Below, piece after piece: positions 7,426 to 15,172 of a DNA stretch of 38,914 nucleotides. Positions within the stretch are counted from its first letter, which is position 1. Each line of letters begins with the position of its first letter. Source of the DNA: Clostridia bacterium. GTDB lineage: Bacteria; Bacillota; Clostridia; Christensenellales; Aristaeellaceae. The translations under genes were made by a program, and so were the position numbers. The stretch is from positions 1-38,914 of the forward strand of contig JAFUAR010000373.1 in assembly GCA_017460585.1 (NCBI GenBank), in the 5' to 3' direction. The notes under the pieces were generated by a model. The model did not search any database. It was not told the DNA's origin and was given only the letters and a program-made list of their open reading frames with translations.

Positions 7426-8168
7426 GCGCCGTTCCCCCTTTGCGTCATTTGTTGCCTGAGTCCGTCGCGGCTCGAACGCGATATGGGCAGGCGTTCGCCG
7501 CTCTCCAGCGTGAGTTCCATCGCGCTGAAATCCGTTTCCCGAATGCGCTGTACGTTCACCACATAGGAGCGGTGGCAGCGGTAGAACTGTTCCGGCAGGT
7601 CGCCTAGCAGCGTGCTCAGCGTGGCGCGCACGGTGATAGTCTGCCTGCGAGTGTAGATATTCAGCTTTTTATCCAGCGCCTCGATATATCGAATTTGATC
7701 GAACGGTATGCGGTGGGTGGTGGCGCCTACGTTGAGCAGCAGCGTGCCCTGCGGCGCCTGCTCGGAGTTGAGGGCATCGTAATCCAAAACGATGCGGGTG
7801 AGGCATTCCTCCATTTGCGCCTGTGGAAAGGGCGTGAGCAGTATACCCGCGGGGCGCGAGCAGACGCCCAGCACCGCGCCGAGATCATCCAAATCGTGAA
7901 TCAGGTACACGGTATAGCTATCGCGGCTGCGGCGCATCAACGCTTCTCCCAGCTGCAGGCACTTTTCCCGATTATTTTTGGGGCGAAGCGTGCAGCCGAA
8001 TATGGCGAGCACAATGCCGGTTTCCGCTTGTAGATAGCGCTCCATGTCGTCTACGGAGGAGGTCGTTGCCGCGATTTTGAGCGCAAAACGCTCGGACAGC
8101 GCTTCCAGCTGAGCGAGAAGCATTGCCCGAATGCGTTCGTTGGGCTCGCAAATCATCACAGAGAGCAT
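7422..8168 (-). CDS. LytTR-family DNA-binding protein with a degenerate (pseudo-)receiver domain (248 aa)
   Basis: C-terminal THRIPFDQIRYIEALDKKLNIYT...FYRCHRSYVVNVQRIRE is a typical LytTR pattern. The N-terminal receiver-like fold has EP in place of the acidic pair (VMICEPNE), no Asp at the phospho-acceptor position (IVLAIFGC) and T in place of the conserved Lys (LLTPF). GGGAGG RBS present. Confidence 0.8.
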   Translation of the reverse strand: MLSVMICEPNERIRAMLLAQLEALSERFALKIAATTSSVDDMERYLQAETGIVLAIFGCTLRPKNNREKCLQLGEALMRRSRDSYTVYLIHDLDDLGAVLGVCSRPAGILLTPFPQAQMEECLTRIVLDYDALNSEQAPQGTLLLNVGATTHRIPFDQIRYIEALDKKLNIYTRRQTITVRATLSTLLGDLPEQFYRCHRSYVVNVQRIRETDFSAMELTLESGERLPISRSSRDGLRQQMTQRGNGA

Positions 8169-8201
8169 ACGGTTCCTCCCAATCGACGATCGTGGTTTGA
8201 C

Positions 8202-11200
8202 TTACTCTTCTTCCGCGTCCGTGAGCGGCACGCGAATTTGCGTCACCTTGCCGTCGGCGAGCATATAGCCGTAGCCGCTCGGCAGCGCCTTGCTGCGGGA
8301 TTGCAGGGGCAGACCCGCGCCGATGCCCAGCGGGTCGTTTTCGTTGAATTTACCGCCCAGCGCGATGCCGCGCTGCTGCGCAATGAGCGATTTGAGCGGT
8401 TCGGACCGTTCTTGCATACGCTCCGCCGAAGACATGGCGATAAATAGGAACAGGTTGTATAGGTCGCCCTTGCCCGCCATTTGCCCAAATACATCGCAGA
8501 TGTAATTCTTTGCGGGAACATTGCGGTTGGGATCCTGCCCCGGGGCGAGCTCCGCCGCGGTCTTGACCTGCGGTACCGGTTCGCCCGCTTCCTGCGCGGC
8601 GGGGGCCGCCGCTTCCGATTCCTTTGCCAGCATCACGGGGCTCTTGACAAAGCGCGGCGCGTTGAAATCGCGCGGCAGGCGCTCGGCGTTATCAATCAAT
8701 ATGACGCACGGCTTGAATTCCAGCGCCTGCTTGCGCGCCGCCGCCTTGCCCTGCGCCAGCGCCGCTTCACGCTTTGCTCTGCGCTTGCCAGGATATTCGC
8801 GCACGAACATATCCATGAATATGGCGATTTCGTCCTCGGTTGCATACAGGTGGGCGCCAAGCTCGTCCGCTAAGGTTTTCCAGTTCGCATCGCCGATAAT
8901 ATGAATATCCGCTCCGCGCTCGGCGAACAGTCGCGCAGTCAGCTTGAGGAAGTTGGTCAACCCGCTCTTCTTGGGACCGGTGACGTACATGGAATAGTTC
9001 TTCTCCAAATCCAGCGTTGCCAGACTGCCCTTGGTCATATCGTAACCGATGGGCAGCTGATAGGGGCTGCGCTGCGCATCCGTAAAGCCGTCGACCACGC
9101 GGAACTGCTCCAAGGTGGGTTCTTCCGGAATTCTGGGAATTCTTGCGGGGCGAGCGCCCTTCCAAGCTTCGTCCATCGCCTTGGCTTCGGCAATGATGCG
9201 CGCGCTGCGCTCTACGTCGGTCAAGCCTTCAAACGGCGGGAAAGCCGCGTTCAGGCAGTAGGGTTCAATATCGTTCAAGTCGGCAAACGGCGCGTCGGGT
9301 GCGTCAATGCTCACGCCGCCCAGCGCAATTTGCAGCTCGTAGGGCACGTTGTCTTCTCCCACCAAACCGAGCGCGCGACCCGGGGTCGCCATGAGCGGCG
9401 GCATATCGTAGGGTACGCGTTTGCCGAGTACGTCCGTGTAGTCCGCGCGTTCGCGCAGCTGCAGCGCGATGCCGCTAAAGAAGGAGTGCAGGCGCCCGGG
9501 AATTTCGTTCTTCGCCAGCGCGGTAACAATGAAATGAATGCCGCGCCCGCTGCCCTCGCGCAAGAGCTGTTGAATGCGCGCGGTGTAAAAATCGTCATTG
9601 GCGAACATATTCTTGAGCTGCTCGTAGCGATCTACAAATACCACGATCGCCGGAACGCCCTTTTTGTTTTCCAAACGGCAGGCGCGGTTGTATTCAATGA
9701 AGCTATCCGTGGAGACCTGCGCGAACATATCGCTTCTGCGCTGCTCCTCCTCGAAGAGCATATTGATAAAGCGCTTGATCTCAATCACATCCTGCTCAAA
9801 GGCGATATCGCCCACCTGCGGGAACGCGATGAGGTTGCCCAGCGTCTGGCTGGTCAGGCTCAGTATGTACATTTGCACGTGTTCCGCATCGTACTGGCTG
9901 GCGATGGCGGTTACGATGGATTGCACGGCGGTGGTCTTTCCCGTGCCCGCCAGACCCACGATCATTAAATTGCGCATCTGGGTCAGGTTCACGGTAAAGG
10001 GAATATAGCGCTGCTGCGCTACGTCGTCCGCCATGCCCAGCAGGAACTGAACGCCTTCCGGCGCGTTGGCGTAGTCATTGCCGCGGCGGAAAAGCGCCTG
10101 CGCCATGGGCATATGACCGAAGTAGAGCTGGGAAGTGAGCTGCGGAAGCCACATTTGCTTGGTATGCAGCAGATCGTGTTCGCCGGCGACCTCGCGAATG
10201 CGCTCCAGCACGGCGTCCATTTGAGTTTTTTCCTTGCGTTTTTCTTCTACGCTCTTGCGCTTTTTCGCCACGCGGATGGCTTCGCCGGTATCGCCCAACA
10301 GGTGCGGCATTTCCTCCGCCCTCGGTTCGTTGGGGTTGTAGGCGAGTCCGGAATAGCTGGTTTGCACCTGCTCGAACAGCTCGTCGTTGCCGATTTGAAT
10401 GAAGCAGCGCCCCATGCCCTTGATGTAGGCCGCGTCGGGTCGCTTGAGCATTTCCATGGAATCGCTGCGGGTCTGCACGCGCAGGCACAGGTGGAAGCGG
10501 GAGTTCGCCCATATTTCATCGCTGACGGAGTTGGAAGGCTTCTGGGTAGCCAATATCAGGTGGACGCCCAGCGAACGACCTACGCGCGACGCGCTGACCA
10601 GCTCGCGCATGAAATCCGGCTGGTCGCTCTTGAGCTCGGCGAATTCGTCAACAATAATAATGAGGTGCGGCAGCTTCGGTTCGGCGGGATCGCTTCCAAA
10701 GAGCTGCGTGTAGTCGTTGATGCTGCTCACATCGTGCGCCTTAAATATGCGCTCGCGGCGATGGATTTCGCCGTTGAGCGAAGCCAGCGCGCGGTTGATC
10801 ACCAGCTCGCCCTGCAGGTTATCGATAATGCCAGCCACATGGGGCAGCGTGCGGAAGGCGTCCGCCATGCCGCCGCCCTTGTAGTCGATCAGTATAAACT
10901 GCACCTGATCGGGGCTGTAGTTGAGCGCCAGAGAGAGAATATAGGTTTGCAGCATGACCGATTTGCCCGAACCTGTAGTGCCCGCGATGAGCCCGTGAGG
11001 TCCGTGGTATTTATCGGAAATATCCAGTATGAAGGGCTGGGAGCCCGCGGCGTAGCCTATGGTGGAGCGCAGTCCGTCGTAGGTGTGGTTTTCCGTCCAC
11101 ATACGCCACACATCCAGATCTTCGGTGCGGCGCACGCCGTAGATATCGAGGAACGATACCAGCGAGGGGATCGCGGCGTTCTCCGCCGCGTCGCGCACGC

Positions 11201-13100
11201 GCAACGGCGCGATCTGCGAGGCGAAGGTTTGAAGCAGGTTGCGGTTGGGTACCTCGAAGTCGATCTGAGTGGTTTCGCCTTCGGAGGTGTGCAGGTAACC
11301 CGGCTTGGCGGCTACGTTGAATATCAGCCTGCATTCCTTGGGCAGCATTTCCATGCTGGGCGCGAGCATGATGAGCGTCATGCCCAGACGATTGGTGAGC
11401 AGCTGCTTGAGAATCGGCTCGTTTTCCAGCAGGCGATTGTCCGTGCAGAATATAATGTAATGCGGCAGCGGGCGCGCATCCTCGCCTTGCTCCTCGTCCT
11501 GCGAGGAGGAATGCTCCTCCATGCTGGAGCGGCGCATGGTCAATACGTCGCTTACGTGGCTCATTACATCATGAATGGCGCTGGGGCGAGATACGACCAT
11601 ACGCATTTCGCGGTCCTCGCTGGCGAACACGTGCGGCAGCCAGCGCGCCCAGCTCCACTGGGATACTGTGGTTTCGCGCGTGAGCACGGCGATGCGCACA
11701 TCGTGGTAGGAGTGCAGCGAGGCGATTTGCATGAGCAGCCCTTGCGCGAACAACGTGGCCTCGTCGCCGCCCAGTATGCCGACCACGGATTCGGAGCGCA
11801 GCCCTACGGTATACGGCGCGTCGGCGATAATGGAGTATACGTTTTTCAGCCGCTCCGGTTCGTTGCGCAGCGGATCATCTATAATGGAAAGCTTCTGTTT
11901 CGGTACTTCGATTTCGCTGGGCAGGTTTACCTGACCAATGCCCAAACGCACGTGCAGAAAGTCCGAATGCGTGGGCATACGATTCCACAGGCGGTAGGTA
12001 TTGTCTGTGGGCAGCGTAACGCATTCGCCAATGTTGGGATAGGTGTTGACCAGCCGATCGTATTCCTGATTGTTGAGTCCGCGCAGCTGCTGCTCCGTCT
12101 CCTCAATGTATTGTTGATACATTTGTATGCGGCGGGTTTCGTTTTCCGCCTCCTGACGGGCGCGGTAGCGCCGGTTGATGACGCCCCACATGACCGCCAA
12201 AGCCGAGGATGTACCCACCATGACCAGACCCGACGCCATCATAGCGGCGCTTCGACCGGCGGCAACGCCCACCATGGTGCCCGCCATCATGGGCAGCATC
12301 ATAGTGGCGGAGGGACCCAGCTGCTGCCACATGGGCGCGGTCTCCTTCGCCTGCTTGGCGATGGGCGGTTCAATTTCAATGGATTCGGAGTGAGGCTTTT
12401 GCAATATGCGCGGCGCGCGGTGGTATTCGCGGTACAGACTGGGAAGGTGCTCCGGCGGGTTCTGCATGGGGCGAATGGCTTCCGGCTGCGCCTTTTGCAG
12501 CTTGACCTTCTGCAAACTGGCAATCTGATTGAATGCCAGTATGTTGCCCAGATAAATCATTTTCAGACCGGAAGGGAAGGTGAGCACATCGCCAAAGGTG
12601 ATGCGCACGGTGTTGTTCATAATGCGGCGACCGTTCAGATAGGTGCCGTTTACGGATTTATCGGTATATTCGCAGCTGGCGCCGTTGGCGGTGATGTAGC
12701 CGTGCATACCGGAAATATTCTGGTCGATATCGGTCACGACGCACTGCTCGCTGCGCCCGATGGTCACCGATCCGCCATGGAAGGCGTACTTCACGAAGCT
12801 GAGCGATTTGCGGTCCAGCTTAGTGGGAATAATGCTGATGCTGCCGTTGTAGGGCGTGTGCAGCGTATAGCTTTCCTCCAGCGCGATGGGGCGCTCGTTG
12901 CCCGAGGAGCCGCCCGCCCAGCGGAAGCCCGGCGGAGGCAGAAGGAATATGCTCCCGCCCAGCGCGCGCACCTGAAACACGCAGTCCGAGGGCCAGCCGG
13001 ATTCATCCTGCGCGATGGTGGTTTGGCTGGTCCAGTTTTCCGCGTCCGGAAAGTATACGTCCTTAAAGCGGTCGCCGAAAAATAACCAGGCTGCGTACAT
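8202..13100 (-). CDS. essC: EssC / YukB-type T7SS FtsK-SpoIIIE ATPase (1632 aa)
   Basis: N-terminal tandem FHA region (IGRSEQC...ISGMHG...SVNGTYLNG), then two TM helices (about aa 256-308), then three P-loop domains. Walker A motifs are GTTGSGKS (10959-10982), GLAGTGKT and a degenerate GPKKSGLT (8955-8978). Walker B is LIIIVDEF. GAGGAGGAG RBS present. Confidence 0.95.
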   Translation of the reverse strand: MYAAWLFFGDRFKDVYFPDAENWTSQTTIAQDESGWPSDCVFQVRALGGSIFLLPPPGFRWAGGSSGNERPIALEESYTLHTPYNGSISIIPTKLDRKSLSFVKYAFHGGSVTIGRSEQCVVTDIDQNISGMHGYITANGASCEYTDKSVNGTYLNGRRIMNNTVRITFGDVLTFPSGLKMIYLGNILAFNQIASLQKVKLQKAQPEAIRPMQNPPEHLPSLYREYHRAPRILQKPHSESIEIEPPIAKQAKETAPMWQQLGPSATMMLPMMAGTMVGVAAGRSAAMMASGLVMVGTSSALAVMWGVINRRYRARQEAENETRRIQMYQQYIEETEQQLRGLNNQEYDRLVNTYPNIGECVTLPTDNTYRLWNRMPTHSDFLHVRLGIGQVNLPSEIEVPKQKLSIIDDPLRNEPERLKNVYSIIADAPYTVGLRSESVVGILGGDEATLFAQGLLMQIASLHSYHDVRIAVLTRETTVSQWSWARWLPHVFASEDREMRMVVSRPSAIHDVMSHVSDVLTMRRSSMEEHSSSQDEEQGEDARPLPHYIIFCTDNRLLENEPILKQLLTNRLGMTLIMLAPSMEMLPKECRLIFNVAAKPGYLHTSEGETTQIDFEVPNRNLLQTFASQIAPLRVRDAAENAAIPSLVSFLDIYGVRRTEDLDVWRMWTENHTYDGLRSTIGYAAGSQPFILDISDKYHGPHGLIAGTTGSGKSVMLQTYILSLALNYSPDQVQFILIDYKGGGMADAFRTLPHVAGIIDNLQGELVINRALASLNGEIHRRERIFKAHDVSSINDYTQLFGSDPAEPKLPHLIIIVDEFAELKSDQPDFMRELVSASRVGRSLGVHLILATQKPSNSVSDEIWANSRFHLCLRVQTRSDSMEMLKRPDAAYIKGMGRCFIQIGNDELFEQVQTSYSGLAYNPNEPRAEEMPHLLGDTGEAIRVAKKRKSVEEKRKEKTQMDAVLERIREVAGEHDLLHTKQMWLPQLTSQLYFGHMPMAQALFRRGNDYANAPEGVQFLLGMADDVAQQRYIPFTVNLTQMRNLMIVGLAGTGKTTAVQSIVTAIASQYDAEHVQMYILSLTSQTLGNLIAFPQVGDIAFEQDVIEIKRFINMLFEEEQRRSDMFAQVSTDSFIEYNRACRLENKKGVPAIVVFVDRYEQLKNMFANDDFYTARIQQLLREGSGRGIHFIVTALAKNEIPGRLHSFFSGIALQLRERADYTDVLGKRVPYDMPPLMATPGRALGLVGEDNVPYELQIALGGVSIDAPDAPFADLNDIEPYCLNAAFPPFEGLTDVERSARIIAEAKAMDEAWKGARPARIPRIPEEPTLEQFRVVDGFTDAQRSPYQLPIGYDMTKGSLATLDLEKNYSMYVTGPKKSGLTNFLKLTARLFAERGADIHIIGDANWKTLADELGAHLYATEDEIAIFMDMFVREYPGKRRAKREAALAQGKAAARKQALEFKPCVILIDNAERLPRDFNAPRFVKSPVMLAKESEAAAPAAQEAGEPVPQVKTAAELAPGQDPNRNVPAKNYICDVFGQMAGKGDLYNLFLFIAMSSAERMQERSEPLKSLIAQQRGIALGGKFNENDPLGIGAGLPLQSRSKALPSGYGYMLADGKVTQIRVPLTDAEEE

Positions 13101-13150
13101 TTTGTCTCCTCCTCAATGGGATATCCGGATGCGCTTTGGCAAATACAATA

Positions 13151-13732
13151 TCAGTAGTGCGCGTATTCCACGTTGAACGCGATGCCAGCGATTTGTAGGC
13201 TGTCGCCCTGACGCATGACCCGGCGCTCGCCCTTGGGCAGGCGTTCGTTGTTGAGCCAAGTGCCGTTGCGCGAGCTGTCGGTTACGTAGCAGAGCTTCTC
13301 CTGTGCGTCGTAATCGATGGTGAGATGCCGACCGGATACGTATTCATCGTGAATCTGGAAATTGCAGCGCTCTGATTGACCGATCACGAAGGGGCTGAGA
13401 TTGACGGAAATAGAGTATTGATTGGAAGCGTTCAACCCTACGAGCGTTACATAGGTGCGCTGCGCATCCAAGTGAACGGGCGGGGTATCCGAGCGCGAGC
13501 TGGGTATATTGCGTTCGCGCGGCGCTTCCTTTTGAAACGCCTGAAACAGCGCGGGCTTGCTGCGCTTCAACGCGCCGATGCCCACCACCAGCGCCAATAT
13601 GAGCAATAGTGAAACGAGGGGCGATCCCAAAAGCAATCCCGCTACAATAATGATGAACAATATCGGCAGCAGAACCGCGATGAGCAGCAGTATCGCCTGT
13701 TTGCGCGAGGGATTGGGATCGGTATTGGGCAT
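13151..13732 (-). CDS. Two-TM membrane protein with C-terminal cytoplasmic FHA domain (193 aa)
   Basis: TM segments AILLLIAVLLPILFIIIVAGLLLG and LVSLLLILALVVGIGAL. FHA region reads FVIGQSERCNFQIHDEYVSGRHLTI...SSRNGTWLNNERL, with Q where the canonical GR arginine sits. Confidence 0.85.
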   Translation of the reverse strand: MPNTDPNPSRKQAILLLIAVLLPILFIIIVAGLLLGSPLVSLLLILALVVGIGALKRSKPALFQAFQKEAPRERNIPSSRSDTPPVHLDAQRTYVTLVGLNASNQYSISVNLSPFVIGQSERCNFQIHDEYVSGRHLTIDYDAQEKLCYVTDSSRNGTWLNNERLPKGERRVMRQGDSLQIAGIAFNVEYAHY

Positions 13733-13781
13733 GGCGAACCAACTCCCCTTTCAGAAATAAATGAAAGACCGTGTGCGAATA

Positions 13782-14945
13782 TCAGTAATCGATCTTGATT
13801 AAATGCTCGCTGATTCGAATGGTGGAGCCCTTATGCAGCACGCAGGAGGTATTGCTGATCTGCTTGCCGTCTACAATGGTGCCGTTCGCGGAGTAGTCGC
13901 GCAGCATGAGCTCCCTGCCTTGATAGAATATTTCGCAATGCTTTCTGGAAATGCCGCGGTCGTCCATATTCAACGGGAAGGAGCCTACGTTTCTGCCGAT
14001 CTTGATTGTGTTTCCAATGGGTCGGGAATACTGTTCGGTATGCCCGTGATAGGTAATTTCAAATTGGAGCTCTTTTTCGTTAATAAAGGCGTTTCTGCCG
14101 CCCTTGCGCTGGGAGCCGTTTGAACCGAAGAAATACACCAGCGCGAAAATGATGGCGGCGATCAGCACTATGGCGATGAGTCCCGCCGCGAAGCGGGGAA
14201 GCTCCAAGCCGAATACATCACTATCTTCCGTGAGCCATGCCCGCGCCTTTTCCGTGCCGCTCAAAGGAGCGGGCGTGGGGCTGGGCTCCGGCGTGGGTTC
14301 GGGTTCCGGAGTAGGCATGGAGTTCCAGTCGTCGCGGGAGAGTATGGTCGCCTGAATTTCCGGGGTCAACCCCTTGTTATCCTCGCGTTGGTCGTACGCC
14401 AAAGGATTATAGCGGAAGAAATCGTCCAGCGCTTCTATGGTCGCTTGGTCGTAGATATCGTTCTGCATTCCTTCCTTTATATAGCCCAGCTCCGCAAGCT
14501 TTTTTTGTATGGGCCAAACGCCGCTGCCGCCGTAAACGATGCGCGAATAGACGGGCGCGTCGGAAGCGTCCGGTTCCGGTGTAGAAAGGTTTTGAATGAG
14601 ATTTTGATAGTAGTCGAGCTTTGCCCAAGTCTCCTGAAGAATGCCGCCTTCGTCGTATACCAGCCCCTCGAGGTTGCGGTTGGTATCGCAGCAATTTTTA
14701 ACGGCGTACATGGTCTGGTCGTCCAGAGTGGGGTCGCCCAGCGATTCTACATCGACCGTGGAAAGGTAATAACCGTGCGTGTACAAAAATTCTTTGAGCT
14801 TCATCAGCTCCGGTTTGGCGTTGGAGTACTTTTCCACCGCATATTCTTTCGCGGCAATGGCGGGAAATGAGGTTCCGCAGAAAATGAAAACGAGCAGCAT
14901 GACGGCAATCAGCCGCTTCGCATTTCGATAAGCGTTTTGAAGCAT
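13782..14945 (-). CDS. Signal peptide, 2 peptidoglycan-binding-like repeats, PT linker, TM and cytoplasmic FHA domain (387 aa)
   Basis: Start trimmed to MLQNAYRNAKRLIAVMLLVFIFCGTSFPAIAAKE (GAAGGGG RBS). LKEFLYTHGYY and IQKKLAELGYIKEG..IYDQATIEALDDFFRYN resemble PG_binding_1. Then PTPEPEPTPEPSPTPAP, TM LIAIVLIAAIIFALVYFF and FHA IKIGRNVGS...ISRKHCEI...SANGTIVDG. Confidence 0.85.
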   Translation of the reverse strand: MLQNAYRNAKRLIAVMLLVFIFCGTSFPAIAAKEYAVEKYSNAKPELMKLKEFLYTHGYYLSTVDVESLGDPTLDDQTMYAVKNCCDTNRNLEGLVYDEGGILQETWAKLDYYQNLIQNLSTPEPDASDAPVYSRIVYGGSGVWPIQKKLAELGYIKEGMQNDIYDQATIEALDDFFRYNPLAYDQREDNKGLTPEIQATILSRDDWNSMPTPEPEPTPEPSPTPAPLSGTEKARAWLTEDSDVFGLELPRFAAGLIAIVLIAAIIFALVYFFGSNGSQRKGGRNAFINEKELQFEITYHGHTEQYSRPIGNTIKIGRNVGSFPLNMDDRGISRKHCEIFYQGRELMLRDYSANGTIVDGKQISNTSCVLHKGSTIRISEHLIKIDY

Positions 14946-15006
14946 GGAAAAGACCCCTTCGTATAAAAAAGGTAAGAATATGGCGTTATTAAGGTATATC
15001 AGGCGT

Positions 15007-15035
15007 ATTATAGCATAAAAACAATTAACACACAA
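15007..15035 (-). promoter_or_regulatory. Candidate sigma-A promoter of the FHA-essC operon
   Basis: Minus strand reads TTGTGT (15035-15030), a 17-nt spacer, then TGc-TATAAT (extended -10; TATAAT at 15012-15007). This is about 60 nt upstream of ATG 14945. Confidence 0.55.
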
Positions 15036-15038
15036 CGT

Positions 15039-15051
15039 AAAAAAAAAAAAA
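15039..15051. repeat. A13 / T13 homopolymer between the divergent promoters
   Basis: Thirteen consecutive A residues on the plus strand, immediately upstream of the minus-strand -35 element. Confidence 0.9.
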
Positions 15052-15076
15052 CCATAAAGTAAACAAAATAATCGGC

Positions 15077-15105
15077 TTGACGATACCCCCTACTTGCGGT
15101 AGAAT
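15077..15105 (+). promoter_or_regulatory. Candidate sigma-A promoter of the 23.5-kb surface-protein / FHA / PP2C / kinase operon
   Basis: TTGACG (15077-15082), a 17-nt spacer, then TAGAAT (15100-15105). This is about 68 nt upstream of ATG 15173. Confidence 0.6.
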
Positions 15106-15172
15106 GATAAACAGTAAAAAGGGCGAAGTATGCTTTTTTTCGAAACGGAGAATTTGGAAAGAGGGATTCTAC

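Noticed and set aside
10113-13085. 990-aa plus-strand ORF, together with 8901..9968 and other plus-strand ORFs inside 8202..13100
   Set aside because: They are antisense to essC, whose FHA, TM and Walker motifs are unambiguous. Their translations are Arg/His/Gly/Ala-rich low-information sequence with no RBS, typical of GC-driven shadow frames.
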